Shown here one piece after another: positions 34,401-43,552 of a stretch of DNA of 64,000 bases. Under the pieces are notes generated by a model, which ran no database searches, had not been told where the DNA came from, and saw only the letters and a list, made by a program, of their open reading frames with translations. The stretch's first letter is position 1. Each line of letters begins with the position of its first letter. The position numbers and the translations under genes are program-made. The stretch comes from Histomonas meleagridis 2922-C6/04-290x (lineage: Eukaryota > Protista > Parabasalia), in NCBI GenBank assembly GCA_020184695.1, contig JAANOX010000070.1:307889-371888 (forward strand), in the 5' to 3' direction.

Positions 34401-35352
34401 GTTGATATTCAATTAAATTATATCGAATCATATTACGAAGAATAATAATGAAATCAGGAACAAGTTTATAATGTAAATCTTCTAATATGTTATCAATTAA
34501 TTTCTCGTTTTTAATGATGTTACAGACAATTGTCGGATTTTTTAATAATTGCTTTTTGATATATGAAAGACCAAAAAATCGTTTCGGTAAATACTGTGAA
34601 CGAATGAATTTAATGTTAATACCAACGCAAACACTCCATAAGTCATATGACTGTGATATTTTTTGAAGAATTCCAAATGTTTTAAATAATTTGGTTTCAT
34701 CAACATCGCGTAAATCTGTTCCTTCAATAATAGAACAGAGATTAACAATGTTGTCGAAAATGATTTGTTCTGTTTTTTGAATAGAAGTGGTGGAAAATAA
34801 GGGTATTGCAATATAGAATAATCGAAGAATAATTTCAATGTGTGTAAAATTATAACTTTTGTTCTCGGAAAAGAAAATTTGAACCTTTTGAATGAAATTT
34901 GTTTTCTTAAAAATTGAAATATTCTTTTCGTAATATGGTGGGTCAATAGATAATGAAAAAAAACTTTGGGAATTTGTGGACTTATAATATTTACAATCTT
35001 TAGAAAAAATTTTTAGAGAAGTTTCAAGAAAAGGAATAAAAGGATGTGAGAGTAAACTAACTAATAAATAAATATAATACTCTAAAATTATTGGAAATAA
35101 TGCAAGCTGCTCTTTGTTTGGGGCAGAATTTATAATAAGTGATATAACCCTGGGTGAAAATTCATTGATAAAATTTAATGTTTCTGAATCAAATGAAGAA
35201 TGAAGTTCTTCCTTTTGTATTATACTGGCAATATGAACATTTAGTGCTTCTACTGGTTTTTCTGATGTAGATTTACCATTTATTATATTTAAAATAGAAG
35301 ATTTAAATTCCTCATACCCACCCATTTCAAATAAATTTGTCAATGATAGCAC
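28417..35352 (-). CDS. Large ubiquitin-specific protease (peptidase C19, USP9/24/34-like size)
   Basis: Cys box GLKNLGATCYMNSIIQ, QQDSVEFL, His box HLGSASSGHYFSHI, WYKFNDSSV. The ATG may be at MGGYEEF. Confidence 0.93.
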   Translation of the reverse strand: MLSLTNLFEMGGYEEFKSSILNIINGKSTSEKPVEALNVHIASIIQKEELHSSFDSETLNFINEFSPRVISLIINSAPNKEQLALFPIILEYYIYLLVSLLSHPFIPFLETSLKIFSKDCKYYKSTNSQSFFSLSIDPPYYEKNISIFKKTNFIQKVQIFFSENKSYNFTHIEIILRLFYIAIPLFSTTSIQKTEQIIFDNIVNLCSIIEGTDLRDVDETKLFKTFGILQKISQSYDLWSVCVGINIKFIRSQYLPKRFFGLSYIKKQLLKNPTIVCNIIKNEKLIDNILEDLHYKLVPDFIIILRNMIRYNLIEYQQIKEFWNISVKQHSSTIDTFFEGWFSLLSDFTPEVINYIINAAIEIKVFPIQSINFLEQLIGNANEQQKCELFKMFWDKFNENKELEKNYKLSIIIFLCRCIPQSKTNEIQEKALEMIKNNKNSDLGFHLLLSFYNNLKNDFNIDFNTLLYSLPKNNSAKFLTLLSPALSKLEELKIEDFNYLIDLISSEFLTQSKEIRYFLKNQIDKKIFTTEMIQILYEKLCNLESMNSELFELISYLFNIIEDEDNKIKNIWNLFFKTNDKDTLIFITKYYQKIENGNEKYINIIMEQENINKYSLWAIDYYLHLIEDGIDKSLLNISSNKYYLNNDQITINIIGEINTKINMPKNINSINLFKRIANLFGENVENLTFNDKNGNSLMNQNFQINNNFTINVTKNNYSKYSTQKQININELPSQILLKYSDKLMNLLNDENLGKVSLKILNEMPPLESEKQLINSLNADNINEILNINNINLLIYRLNLIGNLLIQENEFKSKFVEIKGIEHLFNILVNNIIIDDEQNLLIINLINSLLNNNINISDELIEKLINDIIEKIKNNSNLTYQMLNLLKIINKPNLFSLNNFNNLLEETLFTTKDNIRHILREILQHYSPLDYEENIINLMEKAFQLSYEGYFEILILIIEKSKGLLTIWNNLLDNIFKYHKPPNTENIIEKLHFKPPFSNISQSIYKILLTLIKKLNKENIPKIDELFNYLINDVLLNTEIYYEKSKILEELIHEILQIKSEFPTILFHKILNTFNTTNNTQTVINNEIELKPRVLYRGLKNLGATCYMNSIIQLLFSISEFRYHILSIKTNEEWLMEFQYLFMKLLFYPSLNIDPTNFIKNWKDWDGKPINPHRQQDSVEFLQMLLDRIEQNESNINEIFQGIIIHKTKGIDNDFENSTNENFITFPLDIKNHVKIEESLKAFCSPDSLVNENQYYAEGIGKIDATQIHRIKKLPSVLILNLKRFEFNINTNIREKINSYFEFPETLNVSSILDNDENEEEKVEYELVGIVSHLGSASSGHYFSHIKEISDDKNWYKFNDSSVNRESFIEVKEQSFGGKKTIRLYNNQTNSYYNTTTESPTAYLLFYKNKNYKYNDDEYKINENLIERLQNDIKNLILSSLEKSGIVTNLLNDIKINIDDIFEILEKSIQNDIFISFVLDQCNNLIQNDKNILEKFLVKSDLFINILFSQNVSQNSKQKYINIILNAISKSKNEEICNNFIDELFDKLYTQIDKIESNIEIFKELFLPLYQYIKTYQKINSYKCLTCMNNLLKFFLESNCLLEVIDLSIIFNIIQETISLYPNDFDIIIPIINNKNTIFTFLNSEIYAVDFTKMLIKFLKKDIISFDLINNFQTNSYKVFCLIFICILSVENQQTQIRYNNFINLIMNQSREFNELFITYFSDICNEFKSDLSLIIIKISKSLIENWFFWKIKSVREAIYKIFCILTTDYLSLFNIVNLYNTNFIKHEKSLYSEYKFDFRTFAECSVSKQYFLLLKHLITKGNLKQEVVKYANDYIKFSYQFSSFDINLPNLFLLDFLSSFLDRNIFKSFFNTPKTFSSFLGNFSFFKFGLLPKTEQETVISFVKRIPNSCFDTYVQSDFFRNTFKFIFEQNSLYSNEFQHILTHKVKHLKEPTKFSRFLYEEKLSRNPNSLILLRLSWKLMYTYPETSNTFKSAYLFEYYIKRIQSYLMNQTFSVLTSYMIKVIAVFIQSYVEINSDNRSKAKNFVISYIKQYMPSLDLVFKIALTSSNDELCCNSATYNLLNSLMLISDEFVEKIFNYFIKLKEKGIINSFDMDKQKYAIKCFINTIFQYKKITIKYALDTLINEFKILVNVNNSKAEVYMTLIECFSKKFNMGWFDERSMKRICKALNVLLKNSIHIEFFCQKVFDLLMTNKGLWNEFAIDDWLKMGSKLLRIELLKVANGKGSKNRILIHDAMQFISNVSLIADKQKPNLNISNEDLEKIAEYYQTHMSIEGETILVEIVSLMSANEK

Positions 35353-35567
35353 TTTTTCAAAAGATGCCTTTTATACCGATCATTTGACCCACAAAATAAT
35401 TGGCAGTTTTTGAAGTGAGCACTTTTCCATAAAGAACGATAATATTAATTTTTGTGAATTTTGTTTTCAATAAAAAAATTTACCAATCAATTTTTGTTTT
35501 TATTATGGGAAATATGTTTGGAATGAATATAAATATAAAATTATAGTTCTTGAAGTAATTTAACGAT

Positions 35568-38197
35568 TTATGTATGACCTTTTTCAGATGCCCGCATAAG
35601 TGCTGTTTCAAAAAATTTAAATAATTTCCAAATATTATTTTGAAATAATAAATTATTAAAATAAATTTTAAGTAAAATAAATAAGTATCTTCATCATTAA
35701 TATCAATTCCTTTTTGTTCAAGAAGTAATTTAACAATTTCTATGTATCCTTTTGAAGATGCTCTCAAAAGTGCTGTCCAAAATATTATAAATAATTTCCA
35801 AATAGTATTTAGAAATAATAAATTATTAGAATGAATAATAAATAAAACAAACAAATATTTTTAGCATTAATTTCAATCCCTTCTTGTTCTAGAAGTAATT
35901 TAACGATTTCTGTATATCCATAATAAGATGCTCTAATAAGTGCAGTATAAAATAATTTGAATCGTTTTCAAATATCATTTTGAAATATCAAATTATGAAA
36001 ATAAATTTTATCTTTAGCATTAATATCAATTCCTTCTTGTTCAAGAAGTAATTTAACGATTTCTGTATGACCTTTCTCAGACGCATAAATAAGTGCTGTA
36101 TAAAATAATTTAAATAATTTCCAAATATTATTTTGAAATATTAAATTATTAAAATAAACAAAAAATAAAACAAATAAATACCTTTAGCATTAATATCAAT
36201 AATTTTTTGTTCAAGAAACAACTTCACTGTTTCTGTGCGATTATTTTTAGATGCAACTATAAATGCTGTATTAAATCTTATCAATGAATTCCAAATATTA
36301 TTTTCATATAGAGAATTATTTATAAGAATTTTAAATAAGATTAATAAATATTTTTAGTATTAACATCAATTTCTTTTTGCTTAAGAAGCAATTTAACTAC
36401 TTTTGTTTGGCCTTTACGAGATGCTTCAATAAGTGCTGTACTAAATATTTTGAATCGTTTTCAAATATCATATTGAAATTTTCCATAATTGTAAATAATA
36501 TTAAATAATTCATATAAATATTTTTATTATTGATTTCAACGCCTTCATGATTAAGAATTAATTTAACTATTTCTTTATTTCCTAACTCAGATGCAAACAT
36601 AAGTGCTGACCAAAATAATATAAATAATTACCAAATATTATTTTGAAATTCGAAATTATTAAAATAAATTTTAAATGAAACAAATAAATATTTTTAGCAT
36701 TAATGTCAATTCCTTCTTTTTCGAGAAGTAATTTAACTATTTCGCTGTTACCATATTTGCATGCAAACATTAATGGTGTGTTAAATAATCAAAATAATTT
36801 TGAAAAATTATTTTGAAATAATAAGATATTAAAACAAATATATAATAAAATAAATAAATATCTTTAGCATTAATATTAATTCCTTCTTTTTCAAGAAGCA
36901 ATTTAACTGTTTCTGTGTTACCTAATCGAGATGCTAAAATAAGTGGAGTCTCATATAATTCAAATAATTTTCAAATATTATTTTGAAATAAAGAATGATT
37001 AAAATAGATTTGAAATAAAAGAAATATATATTTACAATATTAATATCAATTCCTTTTAGTTCCAAAGTATATTTTATAAGTTCTATATTTTTTGATTCTA
37101 TTGAACATATCAAAATATTTTCTGGAATTTTAATATTTTGAAGAAAATATTTCGTAATATAGAAATTTCCTAATTTTGCTGCTTCATTTATCGTTTCACC
37201 AAAAATTTTCACACCTTTCTTCATTAAAAATGAAAGAATCTCATAATTATGATACAAAATACATTTTATTTTTAAATCTCCTTCATTATAATATGATATA
37301 ATTTCATTTTCATAAAGATAATGAAAAATATCATTTCGATGGAATTGAATTGCTGCTTCAAATGCCCAATAAAATGTTGAATGATTTTGTTCACATAAAT
37401 GAATGATTTCTTCATCTCCACCTGCAACTGCATATTTACCTGTATTTTTTACTTTCGCACCATTCATAAGTAAATATTTAAAACATTTAACTGATGAAAA
37501 AAATGCTGCATAATCAATTAATGAAACATTTTCTTCATTAATAAAATCACATCTTTCATAAAGTGATGGTTCAATTTTTTGGTTAAAATCAAAATTTGGT
37601 TGTGATGATATTTCTTGAAGTTTTTCTATGTCATCATTTCGAATTATCTTTGCAATTTCATTTGGATTATGTCCTTCTTGAATTAATTTCTTATGAAGTT
37701 CCCAATCATTTGCTGAAAGTTCTTCATAATAGTCCAGAACTTTATCCATAAATTTATGGTATTTTAATTTTTCATTTTCTGTATATGATCTCATGTATGC
37801 AAAATGATTCATTTAGATTTTGAATTATTTTTTCTTCAATAAAATTATTTTCAAGCATATATTCAAGAAGATAATTTGACTCTTGTTTTTCTGTATTTAT
37901 AAGTAAATGAACAAAATCATCAATTATTTTTGTTATGATTTGATTTTCATTCTCAAAAATTTTCTTAATAAAATTCAAAAATACACTGGGAGTTTGTATT
38001 TTCGTATAAAAAAATATGTACAACATTTGAGTTATAATACGATTAAATGAAAATGGATGATCATTATCAAATATGTTAATAATTAATTCTATTGTTTTAT
38101 CAATATTTTCACTGTTCAAGCTGAATATTATATTGTTAATTAACAATAGTTTTTCCATTTCATCTTGATTTTGATTTCTATTTTGTTTGCTTTCCAT
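35568..38197 (-). CDS. DUF3447-like/ankyrin repeat protein B; 9 hairpins with 35 17-nt intervening sequences; 1-nt frameshift near 37810 and a premature TAA in the last repeat
   Basis: ORFs 37772-38203 and 36934-37812 join by a frameshift. The span 37812-35568 (2245 nt) minus 35x17 gives 1650 nt = 550 codons. The last repeat reads KGHT*IVKLL (TAA where paralogs have GAA). Confidence 0.72.
35610..37029 (-). other. Array of 35 17-nt intervening sequences flanking single codons in ankyrin gene B
   Basis: Example: aat [atttatttgtttcattt] aaa [atttattttaataattt] cga [atttcaaaataatattt] ggt [aattatttatattattt] tgg tca gca ctt = N K R G W S A L. Eight 80-nt blocks and one 63-nt block. Confidence 0.85.
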
Positions 38198-39227
38198 GGA
38201 CAAAAATAAAAATTATTTTGAATAGTTTTTATAATCAAAAAAGCCAAACTTCGGCATTTTTTTTCAAATACAGAGGCGTAAGAATCCAATTTCTTTGTCC
38301 TGAAATTGCAAGACTAATATAAAGAAATGATGGTGGTATTGGTGGATGAATTAACCCATTGAACAATACTTGCATTTATTCAATGTTTTCAAAATATTTG
38401 TCGCAATATATAAGGTGCCTGACTTCACTTTCTCCACTTTTGAGTTAACTCATTGAATCATTTGTATGAGATAATTCAAAAAGTGGAGTATACAACAAGT
38501 AAAAGAAAATTTTATATGAGATATATCAAAAAGTGGGCTACGTACAGAATTTTTTATTTACTTCACTTTTTGATATAAATTTGGCCACAAAAGGTTGATG
38601 GTATAAACATATCAAAAAGTTGATAATATAAATAACATTAAAAGTCGCTGGGTAAATTAATCAAAAAGTTACTGAAGACGTTTATTTTTTACACAGGTTA
38701 TTCCTCATTGGAGATTTTCAACAAACAAACAAAATATTTCATATTCCGTAACTAATATATCCATGAATTTATAAAAATTTCCATAAAAATCAAATAGCCA
38801 ACTTATAATATTATAAATCAACAGAATATAATGAATTTGAAAATAAAAATTATTTTGAGTTGAAATTAAAAAAAAAAAAACATAGTTATATTAATGAAAT
38901 AGTTTCTTTTAACCAAGAATGATTTTAACCATTTTGGTTATTTTTCAACTTATAAGTTCAGGGTTCACAAGATATACCAATTAGATTAATAGAATAAAAA
39001 GATGATATACACATATGACCCAGATACCCCTGTTGTAAATGCAATTCAAAAAGTTCGTATAATATTTTTCTATTAACTAATAGAATTTATTGTATGAGTT
39101 CAATCAAAAAATGAAGTCAGCAGCTTTTTCTCTTACCACACATGAAAATCACTTGTGCCCTTCAATATTATGTGTACTTATGCCATTTTTTTTGTAAGAT
39201 CAGAAATATTTTTGTTTTTTTTAAATA

Positions 39228-42200
39228 TTACTTATTTCGTGTAGATGTTCTAGAATCTTTGGATTTAGGTTTTTTATTGACACCTTTTTTTCGAAGTAAT
39301 TTAACTATTTCTGTATAACCACCTGAAGATGCGTATGAAAGTGCATTAGCAAATATTATAAATAATTTCCTAATAATATTTCGAAATATCAGGTTAAACT
39401 AACAAAATTTATATAAAATAATTAAATATTTTTAGCATTGACATCAATTCCTTTTTGTTCAAGAAGTAATTTCACTATTTCTACATAACCGCTTTCAGAT
39501 GCATATGCACAAATAAGAGCTGTATTAAATAATTTTGTTAAATTCCAAATATTATTTTGAAATATCAAATTATCATAGTAAATAATAAATAAAATTAAAA
39601 AACATCTTTAGCATTAATGTCAATACCTTCTTGCTCAAGAAGTAATTTAACTATTTCTGTATGACCCATTGAAGCTGCCCAAATAAGCGCTGTTTCAAAT
39701 AATCTGAGTAGTTTCCAAATATTATTTTTAATTTTCAAATTAATAATATAAATATTAAATAAAATTAAAAAATATCTTTAGCATTAATATCAATTCCTTC
39801 TTGTTCAAGAAGTAATTTAACTGTTTCTGTTTTACCATTTGAAGATGCTATAATAAGCGCTGTTCTAAATAATTCAAATAATTTCCAAATATTATTTTGA
39901 TATATCAAATTATTAAAACAAATTTTAAATAAAACAAATAAATATCTTTAGCATTAATATCAATTCCTTCTTGTTCAAGAAGTAATTTAACTATTTCTGT
40001 TTTACCATTTGAAGATGCTATAATAAGCGCTGTTTTAAATTGTTTGAATATTTTTCAAATATTATTTTGAAATATCAAATTATTAAAATCAATATCAAAT
40101 AAAACAAATAAATACTTTTAGCATTAATATCAATTCCTTCTTGTTCAAGAAGTAATTTAACTATTTCTGTTTTACCATTTAAAGATGCCCAAAAAAGTGC
40201 TGTATTAAATAATTTAAATAATTTCCAAATATTATTTTGAAATATCAAATTATTAAAATCAATATCAAATAAAACAAATAAATACTTTTAGCATTAATAT
40301 CAATTCCTTCTTGTTCAAGAAGTAATTTAACTGTTTCTGTTTTACCATTTGAAGATGCTATAATAAGCGCTGTTCTAAATAATTCAAATAATTTCCAAAT
40401 ATTATTTTGAAATCCGAAATTATTAAAATAAATTTTAAATAAAACAAATAAATATTTTTATCATTAATATCAATTCCTTCTTGTTCGAGAAGTAATTTAA
40501 CGATTTCTGTATGACCATTTAAAGATGCATACATAAGTGCTGTATTAAATAATTCAAATAATTTCCAAATATTATTTTGATATATCAAATTATTAAAACA
40601 AATTTTAAATAAAACAAATAAATATCTTTAGCATTAATATCAATTCCTTCTTGTTCAAGAAGTAATTTAACGATTTCTGTATGACCTTTTTCAGATGCCC
40701 GCAAGAGTGCTGTATCAAATAACTTAAGTTGTTTTCAAATATTATTTTGAAATAATAAATTATTAAAATATATTTTAAATAAAACAAATAAATATTTTTA
40801 GCATTAATATCAATTCCTTCTTGTTCAAGAAGTAATTTAACGATTTCTGTATGACCTTTTTCAGATCCCCACATAAGTGCTGTATCAAATATTTTAAATA
40901 ATTTCCAAATATTATTTTGAAATAATAAATTATTAAAATATATTTTAAATAAAACAAATAAATATTTTTAGCATTAATATCAATTCCTTCTTGTTCAAGA
41001 AGTAATTTAACGATTTCTGTATGACCTTTTTCAGATCCCCACATAAGTGCTGTATCAAATATTTTAAATAATTTCCAAATATTATTTTGAAATATTAAAT
41101 TATTAAAATAAATATTAAATAAAACAAATAAATATTTTTAGCATTAATATCAATTCCTTCTTCTCCTAAAATATATTTAACAAGCTCAATATTTCTTGAT
41201 TCTGTTGCAAATACTAAGATGTTTCTTGGAATTTGATTATTTTGGAGAAAATGTTTAATAAGATATATATTACCACTTTTTGCTATTTCATTTAATAAGA
41301 ATTCATTAATTTCAAGACCATTTTCAAGTAAAAATTTAAGAATTTCATAATTTCCGCTTTTAATACAAAAGAATCCTAAATTATTAATTTTATTACCTTC
41401 CATTCCTATATCTGATGAAGATTGATTAGAATTTCCATTCCCAAGATTTTGTGAATTATGTTGAGCGTTTTCATCCAATTTTTCTATTTTGTTTTCATAA
41501 ATATATTTAAAGATATCATTTTGATGAAATATAATTGCTGTTTCATATGCATTTCTAAATATTGAATGATTCTGTTCACATAAATGAATGATTTCTATAT
41601 TTCCACCTGCAATTGCATATTTGCCTGTATTATTTACAATTACACCATTTGCTAATAAATATTTAAAACATTTAATTGATCCAAAAAATGCTGCAAAATC
41701 AATTAATGAAAGATCATGATTAACAAACCCATATCTTTCATAAAGTGATGATTCAATTATTTGATTAAAATTAAAATCTGGCAGTGATGACATTTCTTGA
41801 AGTTTTTCTATGTCATCATTTCGAATTACTTTTGAAATTTTATTCGGATTCACTCCTTCTGTAACATATTTTTTATGAAGTTCCCAATCATTCTTTGAAA
41901 GTTCTTCATAATTTTCGTCTCTTTGATACATAAAAAAAGAATTAGAAAAAGATTTTTGCATATTTTCTTCTGTTTTATAATGTATAAAATAATATGAATT
42001 GATGTGATTGGTAATATTTTTATTTAACATGTTTCGCTCAATCATTTTCTCAATTAAATAATTTGATTCATGTGAATCCTTTTGAATCAAATAGTGACTA
42101 AAAGTATCAATAATTTTTGAACTATTTTTATTAATATCTGCTTCTTTTGATTGAATCATTTCTAAAAAATTTAAATATAAATCACCCACTTCTTTTCTTG

Positions 42201-42462
42201 ATAAAAAACTATAATAAATCAAATTACAAATTATTAAATTGTATGATAATGGGAAATTTAAATCAAATAATTCCATTGTTTGCTCAATACTGATTTCAAA
42301 ATTATCTTTAGTCAAACCAAAAATTAATTGTTCGAGCTTAGATAGCAACTCCATGAAGGTGGCTTTAAAGCTGGTCGACACTTTCCTAATCAATCTTTCA
42401 ATTATTGACTGTTTTACAATCATGGCGCCAGACCTCAAAGACCACTTTTGATCGGCAGTCAT
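39228..42462 (-). CDS. DUF3447-like/ankyrin repeat protein C; 11 hairpins with 44 17-nt intervening sequences; 828 aa if they are removed
   Basis: ORF 41095-42462 is followed by 170-nt repeats. The 3235-nt span minus 44x17 gives 2487 nt = 829 codons with no internal stop, ending ...KGVNKKPKSKDSRTSTRNK*. The true start could be the internal MELLSKLEQ. Confidence 0.82.
39351..41133 (-). other. 170-nt tandem array: 102 nt ankyrin coding plus 4x17-nt intervening sequences per unit (44 in total)
   Basis: Example: gat [atttatttgttttattt] aaa [atttgttttaataattt] gat [atatcaaaataatattt] gga [aattatttgaattattt] aat aca gca ctt = D K D G N T A L. Confidence 0.9.
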
Positions 42463-43552
42463 TTTATTTCCAAAAAGTCGGGGGCATACACCCCCCTAAA
42501 AAAATACGTCTGGGTAAAAATTTTTTTTTACAAAAACTGAGCAGACCATTTAAATATTTGGAATAGAAATTGTTGACGGGCTGGTTTGAGAAGAAATTGA
42601 ATACTTTTGATCGTAATTTGCGCCACAAAAGTAATATAGTTTGAAACTTTTTGTTTAGCATTTGGTGGGAATTTTCTTAGATCAAGCTTTTTTATTGATA
42701 TACTCTTAATTCAATAAATAAAATTAATTTTAATAGAAGGTGTTTAATAAGTTTTTGACATTCTTTTTCGGCCCCATGGTTATAATTCTGTTGTTCTGCA
42801 GATTGCCAATTTACTATTTTATCTTACCATTTACCATTTTTGCAAAGCTCTGCAAAAAAATCTTATAGTATTTCAAATTTCATTATTTTCGTCTTTAGTT
42901 GTTATATAAATTTCATCAAATTTTTTTACATTAAACAAATATTTTTTAACAAATTAATTGCCAATGCTCGAAATATTTTTATATGATCTTTTTTCTTTTT
43001 TCACGGAAATTATCATATGTTATATTCAACTGGTTAATGTCATTTAATGTAATTTTGTCTAATCATATATTTATAGATACTCAAGCTGAATATCTTTGAT
43101 TATTATGTTTTAATTTTAATGAGTTATTTGTTGAATACAAAAATTTTGTTTTTATCATAATAATCATTTTTTAAAATTTAATTCAATCATTGTTTGTTAA
43201 GAGACTGAATTACTATTTTATTTGCTGAAATAGAAGAAAACATTTGACTGAAATGTATAACAGGATCAACAAGTTGTTCAAATGCAGAACTTATTAACCG
43301 AGGAGACCACATATAGGAACCGATCCTGTATCCTTTTTTCTAATTCATGTGATATGGAATTTTTCTTTATTAAATTAAATTTACATTGGCTATGCTGATA
43401 TTTTTTTTAGCATCTCCAATAACGACAAAACTCAAATGCATTTTCACGTCATTACTCATCGCGCGCATTTCTTTGCCAATACAAAATTCGCCAAAAAGTA
43501 AAATTTTAATAATTTTTTTAATACCATAGAAAGATAATTTGACATCCACGAT

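Noticed and set aside
37772-37830. 17-nt spacer explaining the 5' frameshift of gene B (also tested at 18153)
   Set aside because: At 37810 the shift needs a 1-nt correction, not 17 (2 mod 3). At 18153 comparison with sibling repeats shows a simple 2-nt insertion. Neither site shows a spacer-like motif.
39351-41133. One conventional GT-AG intron per repeat (e.g. gttttattt...gatacag)
   Set aside because: That junction gives the wrong frame, removes the conserved Thr and cannot supply the hairpin Gly. GT and AG are not conserved at equivalent positions across repeats.
39351-41133. CRISPR-like or simple non-coding satellite interpretation of the 170-nt array
   Set aside because: The context is eukaryotic with no cas genes. 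The conserved part is ankyrin coding sequence continuous with an upstream ORF.
35568-42462. Ankyrin arrays as ordinary decayed pseudogenes
   Set aside because: Exact 17-nt lengths, no stops in 118 retained codons, synonymous Gly variation and whole-gene frame restoration are not expected from neutral decay.
42472-42500. GGGGG-catac-CCCCCC hairpin upstream of gene C as a MITE end
   Set aside because: There is only partial resemblance to the 13631 TIR and no partner terminus was found.
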